From the sequence record NZ_CP119397.1: a stretch of 64,000 nucleotides of DNA. One strand, 5' to 3'. The notes beneath the pieces were generated by a model. It ran no database searches, was not told where the DNA came from, and saw nothing but the letters and a program-made list of their open reading frames with translations. The translations under genes were made by a program, and so were the position numbers. The first letter of the stretch is position 1, and each line of letters starts with the position of its first letter. The DNA comes from a plasmid. Below, one piece after another: positions 51,369 to 61,600 of the stretch.

Positions 51369-51832
51369 CAATGGATATTAAATCGCTGATATGCAGTTTA
51401 GAAGAACCCTATCAAGCTATTTGCGATGCGGGAATTATTACTTACCGAACGCCGCCGCAAGGCACACAGTGTGATCCTTATCTGACACTGGACATGAAAA
51501 ATGAAGGTGTTTTCTTGACCTTCACTAATGATGATAAAAAAGCACTTAGCGAGATCTCTTTAGAGCTTAAAACTGGCAGGAGAAAGGGGGTATATCCCAA
51601 TGAGCTTCTCGCCCCTTTAAAGCAGGATATGTCCCGTAGCTGGGTACATAAGGTCTTTGGATCACCGGATAAAAGCAACCCGCCAAAGATAGTTTTAAAA
51701 ACAGAAATTGGCTGGGTTGAGCGCTTTATGGTAGAGGGTTTTCATATTCCTATAGCGATGGTCTTTTACTATGACATGGAGGAAATGGCTGAGGCTGTCA
51801 CTTTCCTTCCGACCTCGAGATTGAGGTGGTAA
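51365..51832 (+). CDS. Immunity-protein candidate (paralogue 1, cognate to the toxin)
   Basis: Translationally coupled to the toxin. Paralogous to 51912..52379 and 53198..53665 (shared ...IGWVERFMVEGFHIPIAMVFYYDM..FLPTSRLRW terminus). Confidence 0.6.
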   Translation: MTMDIKSLICSLEEPYQAICDAGIITYRTPPQGTQCDPYLTLDMKNEGVFLTFTNDDKKALSEISLELKTGRRKGVYPNELLAPLKQDMSRSWVHKVFGSPDKSNPPKIVLKTEIGWVERFMVEGFHIPIAMVFYYDMEEMAEAVTFLPTSRLRW

Positions 51833-51911
51833 ATCCCGTCTGCCTGTATAGATTTCTGTGCAGGCAGAGTAATGGCAGGCAAGCCCTGCCGATATGAATA
51901 GGGCTGTACAA

Positions 51912-52379
51912 ATGACAGTAAACGTAGACGCCTTAATAAATAGCCTGGGGAAATCTTATAACGATATGCTTGAGGCTGAACTTATTCCCTATAAAACCCC
52001 CCCTACCGGATTTTCAGGTGATCCTGAGATCAGTCTGGATATGGCTAAAGAGGGGGTTTATCTGTCATTTAAGCGGGATGGGCGGATTTTACAGACTGTG
52101 ATCCTGAGCATTCAACATGACAAAGTAAGTAATTGGGTTTTCCCAAATGACCTGCCTTCCCCCCTACAAAAGATTATGTCAAGGCCATGGGTTCATGAAC
52201 ACATTGGTAAACCATTAAGAAGCGTACCTCCGAAAGTTATTATGAGACGAGCTTTTGGCTGGATGGATTTATACGAAGCTAAAGGTTGGGCAATCCCGAT
52301 CAGTATGCAAATCAGCTATGACGTGATGGATAATGTCAGAGCCGTCGCCTTTATGCCCACCGCCGAATTACGCTGGTAG
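51912..52379 (+). CDS. Immunity-protein paralogue 2 (orphan)
   Basis: Start MTVNVDALINSLGKSY matches paralogue 3. C-terminus ...FMPTAELRW. Confidence 0.6.
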   Translation: MTVNVDALINSLGKSYNDMLEAELIPYKTPPTGFSGDPEISLDMAKEGVYLSFKRDGRILQTVILSIQHDKVSNWVFPNDLPSPLQKIMSRPWVHEHIGKPLRSVPPKVIMRRAFGWMDLYEAKGWAIPISMQISYDVMDNVRAVAFMPTAELRW

Positions 52380-52551
52380 CCTTATCACTTTTACCACCCC
52401 GCCCGCGCATGCCACTGCGCGGGCAGTGATGTGATTCAGTATCGTGTCGGTGAATTGTAATTAACACTTGAGCAACTTGATAAAAATGATGATATATTTT
52501 CACCACAATAAAACTCTATTAACTTAACTATAACGCGCTCAAAATATTTTT

Positions 52552-52731
52552 ATGGGAAAATTACACCTACGCCCTTGCTGTGGCGATAAAGAAATATATG
52601 AACCTGGATCATGTGAAATATGTGAGCGTTGTGGCTGGGAGGATGATCCAGCGCAGAGTAAGCATCCCGATACTTTACGGGGAGCGAACCATATGACGCT
52701 TAATGAAGCCAGGCAAGCCCTGCCGATATGA
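52552..52731 (+). CDS. CPCC-family cysteine-rich small protein (59 aa)
   Basis: Translation MGKLHLRPCCGDKEIYEPGSCEICERCGWEDDPAQSKHPDTLRGANHMTLNEARQALPI matches the CPCCG...CEIC..W.DD...GaN..sL.eAR pattern of the Cys_rich_CPCC domain. It is not in the supplied ORF track. It overlaps the listed antisense ORF 52539..52784, which is judged spurious. Confidence 0.65.
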   Translation: MGKLHLRPCCGDKEIYEPGSCEICERCGWEDDPAQSKHPDTLRGANHMTLNEARQALPI

Positions 52732-52886
52732 TAATCACCACATGGCAGCAAATATTCCGTTATTTTATATTTATTTACATACAAAGCCGCGGGAAACGAG
52801 TAGCCAGATGGAAAAATACCACGTGAAAATTTATGAATGGGATTCTCAACATGGTACTGTTGAAATATGAGAAAGGTTGAAAAGTA

Positions 52887-53138
52887 ATGATTTCTTATTC
52901 TATTGAGATATTTGATAAATGTAGTGAAGAGTTAATTAAAGAAATAAAAATACCTAATTATCAACTAGATCTAGTGATTGAGATCATGGGATTTGACACT
53001 ATAGAAAAAGAGTCCTTTATTAAGGGGGTGGGGGGTTTCAATGTTACAAAGGAACAGGCTGTCAAATTGGAATCCTTATTAATGGTAGAATTCCATTCAG
53101 AAAAATACATTATTCAGATTGCAGGTGGCGAGATATAA
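52887..53138 (+). CDS. Small hypothetical protein (83 aa) in the immunity island
   Basis: Low-GC ORF between the CPCC gene and immunity paralogue 3. Confidence 0.4.
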   Translation: MISYSIEIFDKCSEELIKEIKIPNYQLDLVIEIMGFDTIEKESFIKGVGGFNVTKEQAVKLESLLMVEFHSEKYIIQIAGGEI

Positions 53139-53197
53139 AAGCATTTATTTTCCCATTATTTTATGGATGGAATAAACAGTAAAATGGAATTTTATAA

Positions 53198-53665
53198 ATG
53201 ACCGTAAATGTTGATGCAATGATTAATAGCTTAGGAAAGAGTTACATTGAGCTTGTTGATTCAGGATTGATTGTGTACAAATCCCCGCCGAAAGGAGCGT
53301 CAGGCTCTCCTGTGCTTAGTCTGGAGATGGCATTAGAGGGAATTTTCTTATCCTTTAAACGTGATGGACGAATTTTAAAATCGATAACACTTCGGCTCCA
53401 ACATAATGAAAGTCATAATTGGGCTTTTCCTAATCAACTACCGCTTCCTTTACAAAATAATATGTCCCGCAGTTGGGTACATGAAAATATTGGGTCGCCA
53501 TTAAGAAGTGCGCCTCCCTACATTGTGATGAAACAGGCTTTTGGCTGGGCAGATCTGTATGAATCAAAAGGACGTCCTATACCCACCAATATGCAAATTA
53601 ACTATGACGTGATGGATAATGTAAGATCGGTCACCTTTATGCCCACGTCCGAACTTCGCTGGTAG
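53198..53665 (+). CDS. Immunity-protein paralogue 3 (orphan)
   Basis: 155 aa. Closely related to paralogue 2 throughout. Confidence 0.6.
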   Translation: MTVNVDAMINSLGKSYIELVDSGLIVYKSPPKGASGSPVLSLEMALEGIFLSFKRDGRILKSITLRLQHNESHNWAFPNQLPLPLQNNMSRSWVHENIGSPLRSAPPYIVMKQAFGWADLYESKGRPIPTNMQINYDVMDNVRSVTFMPTSELRW

Positions 53666-53682
53666 CGTCCCACACTTTACCC

Positions 53683-54739
53683 GGCTTTGTTGAATAAATC
53701 AGATTTCGGGTAAGTCTCCCCCGTAGCGGGTTGTGTTTTCAGGCAATACGCACGCTTTCAGGTATACCTGCTTTCGTCATTTTGTTCAGCGCTCGTACCA
53801 GGGCCATAGCCTCCGCAACCTGACCATCGTAGTCACGCAGCGTCAGTGAACCCCCGAACAGCTGTTTTACCCGGTACATCGCCGTTTCCGCTATCGAGCG
53901 ACGGTTGTAATCTGTTGTCCATTTCCACCGCGCATTACTCCCGGTCATTCGCTGATTAGCCACTGCACGGTTACGGTCTGCATATTCACCGGGCCAGTAA
54001 CCCGCACCTTTTCGGGGAGGGATAAGCGCGCTGATTTTCTTACGCCGCAGTTCATCGTGACATAGCCGGGTATCGTAAGCGCCATCGGCGGCGGCTGACC
54101 TGATTTTCCGGTGGGTTTGCCGGATTAACCCGGGGAAGGCCTCTGAGTCCGTAACGTTGTTCAGCGACAGGTCAGCGCAGATGATTTCATGTGTTTTACT
54201 GTCAACGGCGAGATGCAGCTTACGCCAGATACGGCGGCGTTCCTGGCCATGCTTTTTGACTTTCCACTCGCCTTCACCGAAGACCTTCAGCCCGGTGGAA
54301 TCAATTACCAGGTGTGCGATTTCACCCCGGGTGGGCGTTTTGAAACTGACATTAACCGACTTTGCCCGCCTGCTGACACAGCTGTAATCCGGGCAGCGTA
54401 GCGGAACGTTCATCAGAGAAAAAATGGAATCAATAAAGCCCTGCGCAGCCCGCAGGGTCAGCCTGAATACGCGTTTAATGACCAGCACAGTAGTGATGGC
54501 AAGGTCAGAATAGCGCTGAGGTCTGCCTCGTGAAGAAGGTGTTGCTGACTCATACCAGGCCTGAATAGCTTCATCATCCAGCCAGAAAGTTATGGAGCCA
54601 CGGTTGATGAGGGCTTTATTGTAGGTGGGCCAGTTGGTGATTTTGAACTTTTGCTTTGCCACGGAACGGTCTGCGTTGTCGGGAAGATACGTGATCTGAT
54701 CCTTCAACTCAGCAAAAGTTCGATTTATTCAACAAAGCC
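53683..54739 (-). mobile_element. IS903-group (IS5 family) insertion sequence, intact, with 9-bp target-site duplication
   Basis: 1057 bp. 18-bp terminal inverted repeats GGCTTTGTTGAATAAATC at 53683-53700 and 54722-54739. Direct repeat ACTTTACCC at 53674-53682 and 54740-54748. Confidence 0.9.
53739..54707 (-). CDS. IS903-type transposase (IS5 family, DDE)
   Basis: 322-aa ORF filling the IS. Size and composition are typical of IS903 transposases. Family assignment is from recall of the IS903 ends. Confidence 0.85.
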   Translation of the reverse strand: MKDQITYLPDNADRSVAKQKFKITNWPTYNKALINRGSITFWLDDEAIQAWYESATPSSRGRPQRYSDLAITTVLVIKRVFRLTLRAAQGFIDSIFSLMNVPLRCPDYSCVSRRAKSVNVSFKTPTRGEIAHLVIDSTGLKVFGEGEWKVKKHGQERRRIWRKLHLAVDSKTHEIICADLSLNNVTDSEAFPGLIRQTHRKIRSAAADGAYDTRLCHDELRRKKISALIPPRKGAGYWPGEYADRNRAVANQRMTGSNARWKWTTDYNRRSIAETAMYRVKQLFGGSLTLRDYDGQVAEAMALVRALNKMTKAGIPESVRIA

Positions 54740-54785
54740 ACTTTACCCCGACCCGCGCAGCTTATTGCGCGGGCGGGGTATGACA

Positions 54786-55667
54786 TCACTTTATGCTTTC
54801 ACCTGATGAATCTCGGCAATATAGCCGCCGGGGGAATTCGACCATCGCGGCGGGCGCGGTGGTATCGGCAGAACGCCAGAGGATTTTCGCATGGCTGGCC
54901 AGCGCCTTGTCCAGGGTTTGCTGGAGATCGGTGACACCGTAACCGGTGCGCTCATGGCCGAACGGGTAAGGCAGGTGGCCGTCGGTCACGAAAATCTTGA
55001 CCTTGCCGAAGGTGGAGGAGAGGTCCACTTCACGCACGGTGCCGCTGGTTTCGCCGATCAGGGCGGCGCTGACCTGCTGGTCACGGTCAACTTTGCCTTG
55101 TGAAAACTGCTGGTAGCTGCGGATGAAATCCTTCACCCGGTAGCGTGACAGGTAGACGCGGTTCTCCGGCACGCTGCTCAGCGGCGCGTAATCCGGCGCT
55201 TTGGTGTGCCAGTAAAGCTGCATATTCACGCCGCCCGGCCACTGGATCACCGCATCGCGGCCAATCGGGTCCGGGAACGGCTCGACCAGCACATCCGCCC
55301 CTGCCGCTTTCGCCTGCGCCACGGCCGCATCCATATCCCGCACCAGAAAACCGTTGCGCTCATCGCCGAACGGGTAAGGTGTTGGGGTCTGGAAATCAAA
55401 CACCGAGAAGCTGCCGACCGGTGTCAGCACCAGTTGGGAGAGCGTCTCGCTGGGGGTAGGGGTGACGTCGGCGGTGATGCGTTGGGTAGCCTTGCCGCCA
55501 AAGGTGTGCAGCAGGCTGTTGACGAAATCATCCATTTTGCCTGGCTGCACGTAAACATGGGTGGTGTCATATTGGGCACCCACCGCCAGGCTCTGGGCGG
55601 CCCAGGCCGCCGGGCACGCGCTCAGGGAGAGCGCCAAAGCGAGCACGCCAAACCGGGTTTTATTCAT
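54786..55667 (-). CDS. Secreted protein with tandem VOC-like (glyoxalase fold) repeats
   Basis: Signal peptide MNKTRFGVLALALSLSACPAAWA. Two internal repeats (PYPFGDERNGFLVRDMD... and LPYPFGHERTGYGVTDL...). Confidence 0.5.
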   Translation of the reverse strand: MNKTRFGVLALALSLSACPAAWAAQSLAVGAQYDTTHVYVQPGKMDDFVNSLLHTFGGKATQRITADVTPTPSETLSQLVLTPVGSFSVFDFQTPTPYPFGDERNGFLVRDMDAAVAQAKAAGADVLVEPFPDPIGRDAVIQWPGGVNMQLYWHTKAPDYAPLSSVPENRVYLSRYRVKDFIRSYQQFSQGKVDRDQQVSAALIGETSGTVREVDLSSTFGKVKIFVTDGHLPYPFGHERTGYGVTDLQQTLDKALASHAKILWRSADTTAPAAMVEFPRRLYCRDSSGESIK

Positions 55668-55767
55668 GACCTTCTCCTGTGGGCAATAACATCCCCGGCC
55701 TTCACCGGCCGGTTGCAGAACACCAGAAAAAGCAGGTGGCACCGGGCGGCACCACCTTCAGGCCGGG

Positions 55768-56589
55768 TTAACGGGATTGCAGGAACGCCAGCAGGTCTTC
55801 GTTCAGCTGATCCTGATGGGTGGCTGCAAAGCCGTGCGGGCCGTTGTCGTAGACTTTCAGCTCCGCGCCGGGGATCAGGTCTGCCGAGAGTTTGCCGGTC
55901 GCCTCGAACGGCACGATCTGGTCATTGCTGCCGTGGATCACCAGCGTCGGCACACTGGCTTTTTTGATGTCGTCGCGGAAATCCGTCTCAGAGAAGGCGG
56001 TCACGCAGTCGATGGTGCCTTTCAGCGAGGCGAGCAGCGCGATGTTCAGGGTCTGGGTCAGCACGCCCTCAGAGACGTTCTGCCCGGCATTCAGGCCGTA
56101 GAACGGCGTGGCGAAATCGCTGATAAACTGCGCACGGTCTTTGAGCAGGCCCTCTTTGATGCCGTCAAACACGCTCTGATCCACGCCCTGTGGATGGTCA
56201 TCCGTCTTGCCGAAAATCGGTGTCACCGCGCCCAGCAGCACCAGCGCGGCCACGCGGTCGCTGCCGTAACGGCCGATATAGCGCGTCACGTCCCCGCCGC
56301 CCATCGAGAAGCCCACCAGCGTCACCTCGTTGAGATCGAGTCCGGTGATCAGGTCGTTGATGTCAGAGGCGAAGGTGTCGTAGTCATACCCTTCCCACGG
56401 CTGGTCGGAACGGCCAAACCCGCGACGGTCAAAGGCGATGGCGCGGTAGCCGCGTTCCGCCAGGAAGTTCATCTGGCTGTCCCACATGTCCGCATCCAGC
56501 GGCCAGCCGTGGCTGAACAGTACCGGCTTGCCGGTGCCCCAGTCTTTGTAATAGATCTGCGTGCCGTCTTGGGTGGTGATGGTGCTCAT
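55768..56589 (-). CDS. Alpha/beta hydrolase (non-haem haloperoxidase/arylesterase-like)
   Basis: FSHGWPLDADMWDSQ...GFSMGGG nucleophile elbow. About 273 aa from MSTITTQDGTQIYYKDWG. Confidence 0.8.
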   Translation of the reverse strand: MSTITTQDGTQIYYKDWGTGKPVLFSHGWPLDADMWDSQMNFLAERGYRAIAFDRRGFGRSDQPWEGYDYDTFASDINDLITGLDLNEVTLVGFSMGGGDVTRYIGRYGSDRVAALVLLGAVTPIFGKTDDHPQGVDQSVFDGIKEGLLKDRAQFISDFATPFYGLNAGQNVSEGVLTQTLNIALLASLKGTIDCVTAFSETDFRDDIKKASVPTLVIHGSNDQIVPFEATGKLSADLIPGAELKVYDNGPHGFAATHQDQLNEDLLAFLQSR

Positions 56590-56917
56590 GGCGATCTCCT
56601 GAACGTAGTGGATGAAAGGGTCCGGATAAAACAGGGTAAATACACGCCGGAACAGGCGTTGCCTCAGCGGCACCCTATCCGGCGTGATCAACATACTCAG
56701 CCGCCCCCGCCGGGCGTGTTGGCGCCCCGGCAGGATGTGGCCGGATTATGGTCAGCGGGGCAACGCAGCGTCTAGTTATACGTAGGGATAGGTATACCTA
56801 AAGATAATAGTGCCGCCGCTGCGCCCGCCCTACCATGCACCCTGAGAGTTATGACTGCGGCCGCGCCCTTTTGCCGGCTGCCTTTTCCTTGTTACACCAA
56901 CCTCAATGGGTACCGCT

Positions 56918-57604
56918 ATGACCAACACGAAACTTGAAGTCCTGACGCCGGACAATTGCCAGATGATCTTCATCGACCAGCAGCCGCAAATGGCCTTTGG
57001 GGTACAGTCCATCGACCGCCAGGTGCTGAAAAACAACACCGTTGCGCTGGCAAAAGCGGCGAAAGTCTTCAATATCCCGACCATCATCACCACGGTGGAA
57101 ACCGAGAGCTTCTCCGGCCATACCTACCCTGAACTGCTGGACGTGTTCCCGACCCACGACATCCTGGAGCGCACCTCCATGAACTCCTGGGATGACCAGA
57201 AAGTGCGTGATGCGCTGGCCGCGACCGGCAAGAAAAAAGTGGTGGTCTCCGGCCTGTGGACGGAAGTGTGCAACAACAGCTTCGCCCTGTGCGCGATGCT
57301 GGAAGGCGGCTATGAGATCTACATGGTGGCGGACGCCTCCGGCGGCACCACCAAAGAGGCGCATGATTTCGCCATGCAGCGCATGATCCAGGCGGGCGTG
57401 ATCCCGGTGACCTGGCAGCAGGTGATGCTGGAGTGGCAGCGTGACTGGGCGCACAAAGAGACTTACACCGCGGTGATGGACATCGTCCGGGAGCATTCCG
57501 GTGCCTACGGCATGGGCGTGGATTACGCCTACACCATGGTGCACAAAGCCGAAGCCCGCCTGCCGGGCGACCACCGCACGCTGTCGCCGGTACCGGCCCG
57601 CTAA
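56918..57604 (+). CDS. Isochorismatase-family cysteine hydrolase (YcaC-like)
   Basis: Isochorismatase-like pattern (VVSGLWTEVCNNSFALCAM with catalytic Cys). Confidence 0.7.
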   Translation: MTNTKLEVLTPDNCQMIFIDQQPQMAFGVQSIDRQVLKNNTVALAKAAKVFNIPTIITTVETESFSGHTYPELLDVFPTHDILERTSMNSWDDQKVRDALAATGKKKVVVSGLWTEVCNNSFALCAMLEGGYEIYMVADASGGTTKEAHDFAMQRMIQAGVIPVTWQQVMLEWQRDWAHKETYTAVMDIVREHSGAYGMGVDYAYTMVHKAEARLPGDHRTLSPVPAR

Positions 57605-57661
57605 GCCGCCTGCGCCGGCCGGTCACCCGCCCGGCCGGCCCTTTCCCACGGGAGATGTTCC

Positions 57662-57928
57662 ATGAGCACCTGGTTGCTTTCTTTTGGGGCCGGTATCCTT
57701 ATCGGCTTGCTTTACGCGCTGCTGAAGGTGCGGTCACCGGCGCCCCCGGCGATAGCGCTGACCGGCCTGCTCGGCATGGTGTTGGGCGGTGTGCTGGCGA
57801 CCCAGGGCAGCGCCCTGCTCGCACAAAACAGTGCACAGGCCAGCCACCCTGTTGCACAGCGCGCCGTTTCCCAACACGCCCCGGCGGCCGCGCCTGCGGC
57901 GGTCTCCCTTTCGCACCCGGAGGCATGA
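57662..57928 (+). CDS. DUF1427/XapX-domain small membrane protein (copy 1)
   Basis: GILIGLLYALLKVRSPAPPAIALTGLLGMVLG is the XapX-domain consensus. Confidence 0.6.
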   Translation: MSTWLLSFGAGILIGLLYALLKVRSPAPPAIALTGLLGMVLGGVLATQGSALLAQNSAQASHPVAQRAVSQHAPAAAPAAVSLSHPEA

Positions 57929-58200
57929 TGCTGAAAGCTTATCTCGTTTCTCTGCTGACCGGCCTGTTGGCAGGGATGGTGTACGTCGCGATTGCCGTGC
58001 CGTCGCCCGCACCGCCGGTAGCGGCCTTGCTGGGGCTGTTCGGGATGCTGGTCGGGGAGCAGATTATTCCGGCGATCCGGCGGCTTATTAACCGCCAGCC
58101 ACTGACGATGGCCTGGTTCCGGCATGAGTGCGTGCCTAAAATCAGCGGCACCCCGCCGCCGGAAACGGGCACTGAACCGCCTGCTGCCCCGCCGCGTTAG
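57928..58200 (+). CDS. DUF1427/XapX-domain small membrane protein (copy 2)
   Basis: LLAGMVYVAIAVPSPAPPVAALLGLFGMLVGEQ. Tandem paralogue. Start overlaps the copy-1 stop. Confidence 0.55.
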   Translation: MLKAYLVSLLTGLLAGMVYVAIAVPSPAPPVAALLGLFGMLVGEQIIPAIRRLINRQPLTMAWFRHECVPKISGTPPPETGTEPPAAPPR

Positions 58201-58211
58201 AGGACACCGGG

Positions 58212-58589
58212 ATGATGCCGCCGTGCATTGCCGTTATCGATGATGAACCCTCCGTCCGCCGCGGGCTGAGCAATCTGCTCCAGTCGGAGGGGTATAGTGT
58301 GGCGGTGTTTGCGTCAGCGGAAGCCTTTCTGCACGACGCCGGCACAGCGGCCAGCATCCTGGCGATTATTGATGTCAAACTCACGGGGATGAGCGGGTTT
58401 GAGCTGTTTGACCATCTGGCGCGTTACCACGCCCCGCCGCCGGTGATTTTTATCTCCGGTCACGGTGATGAACAGATGGAGCGCGCGGCCCTGGACCTTG
58501 GGGCCGTTGCTTTTTTACGTAAACCTATCAATATTGATACACTTTTAGAACATATCCAGCGCGTGCTTGACCGGCCTGACCGGAAATAA
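58212..58589 (+). CDS. Single-domain response regulator (CheY-like receiver)
   Basis: IAVIDDEPSVRRGL...IIDVKLTGMSGFEL...FISGHGD...AFLRKP shows the phospho-acceptor Asp and receiver motifs. No output domain. Confidence 0.8.
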   Translation: MMPPCIAVIDDEPSVRRGLSNLLQSEGYSVAVFASAEAFLHDAGTAASILAIIDVKLTGMSGFELFDHLARYHAPPPVIFISGHGDEQMERAALDLGAVAFLRKPINIDTLLEHIQRVLDRPDRK

Positions 58590-58649
58590 GCCAAGCGGCG
58601 CGGTTGACGGTGTGCCGCCCTACCGGGCACGGTATGCCGGAGGAACCCG

Positions 58650-61600
58650 ATGAGCAACAACGCCCCCCAGTCCGCCTGGCCCGCCCCGGATGACCCGGCT
58701 GACGAACCGGCCTTTACGCTGGATGAGCGCGTGGTGTTTATGCCGCTGGCCCAGGATGGCTGCCTCACCTGGTCATGGTGCCGGCACCCGGTCTGCGGCC
58801 GCGAATACATTCTGGCCACCGCCGCCGGGGAAGAGGCGGAGCCGCAGGCGACGCTGCTGCTGAAAAATGAGTTCGCCCTGCGCGGCCACCTCGCGCCGGA
58901 CTGGGCGGTGATCCCGGTGGCCACGGCGCTGTATCACGGCCGCTACGCGCTGCTCTATCGCCCTTTCCCGTTTGAAACCCTGACGCGCATCACCGGCACC
59001 CCGGCCGGGGACATGGCAGTCTTCCTGGATCTGGCGCTGAACCTCTGCGCGCCCTTGTTGCAGATGCACCAGCACGGCCTTATCCACGGCGACATCAAAC
59101 CCGGCAACCTGTTTATCAATAATGACGGCAGTTGCCGCCTCGGCGGCTTCGGGCTGGCATCGGGCGCGACCGGCACCGGCGCACGCACCACCGTCTCGGC
59201 AGCGGGCGGGACGCTTGCCTATATGTCACCGGAACATGCCGCCCGTACCCGGCGCGCCGTGGACCACCGCAGCGATCTCTACAGCCTCGGCATCGTGCTG
59301 TATGAGCTGCTGACCGGCAGCCTGCCGTTTGACCTGACCGAGGGCGGGCAGGCGGAGTGGGTGCATCACCATATCGCCTCCGAGCCGCGCCCGCCGCATC
59401 AGGTACGCCCCGGCACGCCGGATATCCTCTCGTCGATTATTCTGCGGCTGCTGGCCAAATCCCCGGAAAACCGTTACCAGACCACCGAAGGGCTGATGGC
59501 CGATCTCCGCCGCTGCCGCGCCACCGTCTCCCCGTCCGGCAGCCTTATGCCCTTTCCGCTGGGTTTGCAGGATCGCGCGGCCGCCCTGCCGCTCTCTGAC
59601 GCGCTGTTCACCGGCCATCCGCAGAGCCAGGCGCTGCTTGAGGCCTTCAGCGGGGTAAACCACCGCGGCACGCAGGCGCTGGTGGTCATCAGCGGGCCGT
59701 CCGGAATCGGGAAATCGTCACTGATCGCCTCGGCGCTGAGTGCGCTGCAACACCAGCCGGTGCTGCTGGCGGTGAGCCGTGTGGATCAGTACCAACCGGC
59801 GCTGCCCTATGCGGTGCTGACGTCCGCCTTCCGGTCACTGGCGCTGCATATTCTCGGGCTGCCGGCGGCGGAGATTGCCCGCTGGAAAGCGCGGCTCAGC
59901 CAGACACTCGGCAGTTATGCCGGGCTGGCGGTGAACCTGGTGCCGGAGCTGGGCCTGTTGCTGGCGCAACCCTCGTGGATCCCGCCGGATACGCTGTCGA
60001 TTGATGCCCGTGCGCGTTTCAACCACATGGTGCTCTGCCTGATCAAAGCGTTCGCCACGCCCTGCTGCCCGCTGGTGCTGATGATTGATGACATCCACTG
60101 GGTGGATGCGGCCAGCCTGCAACTGCTGGAATATGTGGTGAGCAACAGCACCACACTGCCGCTGCTGATGGTGGTGGCGTACCGCGACGACACCCACACC
60201 CACGGCGGGCCGCCGCTGGCCGGGTTACGGGCTGCCGCGGCGAAGGTCACTGAGATCCGGCCGGAACCGATGACGGTAAAGGGCGTCACGCGCTGGCTGG
60301 CAGACGCCTTCCAGACACGGGTAGCGGGCATTGCCTCCCTGGCGGCGCTGGTGCACGAAAAAACCGGCGGCAACCCGCTGTTCGTGCAGCAATTTGTGAA
60401 ACGCATCGTGGATGACGGGCTGGTGACCCACCATACCCCGCATAAAAAATGGCATTACGATCTGCCGGCCATCCGCGCGCGCCATTACACCGAGAATGTC
60501 GCCGGGCTGGTGCTGCAACAACTGGCGCAGATGCCGCCCGACACGCGGAAATTGCTCGGCAGCCTGGCCTGCCTGGGCAATGCCGGGAATCTGGCGGTGC
60601 TCACCCGCGTGCTGGGAACCGGCATCACTGAAATGTGCCGGGTGCTGCACCCGGCCGTGGCGGCCCAGTTGATCACGTTGTCCGTCAATGAGTACGCATT
60701 TACCCATAACCGGGTGCAGGAAGCCGCGTTTGCGCTGCTGGACCCGGCGGAAAAGAGCCACCTGCATCTGGCCACGGCCAGCCTGCTGGCGGAGATGTCG
60801 CAACAGGCGACCGGCAACGACACGCTGTTCCGGGCGGTTCACCATGTGGCATCGGCGATTGAGGCGATTGAACCGCTGCCGCAGCGCCGGATGTTCCGCG
60901 AACTGAGCCTGCTGGCGGCCCAGCGGGCCAAACGCACCGGCGATTCGCTCTCGGCGCTGGGTTACCTGCGCACCGCCCGCGCGCTGGCCGACAAAAATGC
61001 GCCGGACGATCACCAGCTCACCTTCACGCTGGATCTGGAAGAGGCGGAGTGCGAGTTTCTGCTCGGCAACCTCGCCACCGCGGCAAGGCTTTGTGCGCAA
61101 CTGGCGGGCCGGCCCGGCGGGCTGGCGGAAAAAGCGGTGGCTGCCTGCCTGCTGGCGGAGATCCACATGCGGCAATCGCACCGGCAACAGGCGCTGGAGA
61201 CGGCCATCGCCTGGCTGTCGGTGTTCGGCATTTCGCTCAGCCGCTACCCGGACGTGCGCGAATGCGACGACGCCCATGAGGCAATCGTCGCACGGGTAGG
61301 CGACGATCCGGCAGCGGTGTTCAAGGCCCTGCCGCGCATGGATGACCGGGATACCGAAGCGGTCATGAACCTGCTCGCCAGCGCCGGGATTTTCGCCAGT
61401 TTCTGCTGCCCGCGCCTGCATTTCCTGATCCTCTGCCGGATGCTGCACCTGACGCTCGACCACGGCATGACCGGGGCCGGGGCGACGGCGCTGGCCTGGT
61501 TCGGCGTGTTGATCGGCCACCGCTACGAGACGTACCAGCGTGGTTTCCGCTATGGCCTGCTGGCGCGGGAGCTGGTCAGCCGCCACGGCTACCTTAATGC

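Noticed and set aside
52539-52784. 81-aa minus-strand ORF listed in the track
   Set aside because: It is antisense to an unlisted 59-aa plus-strand ORF (52552..52731) that matches the CPCC cysteine-rich family motif almost residue by residue. The plus-strand gene is preferred.
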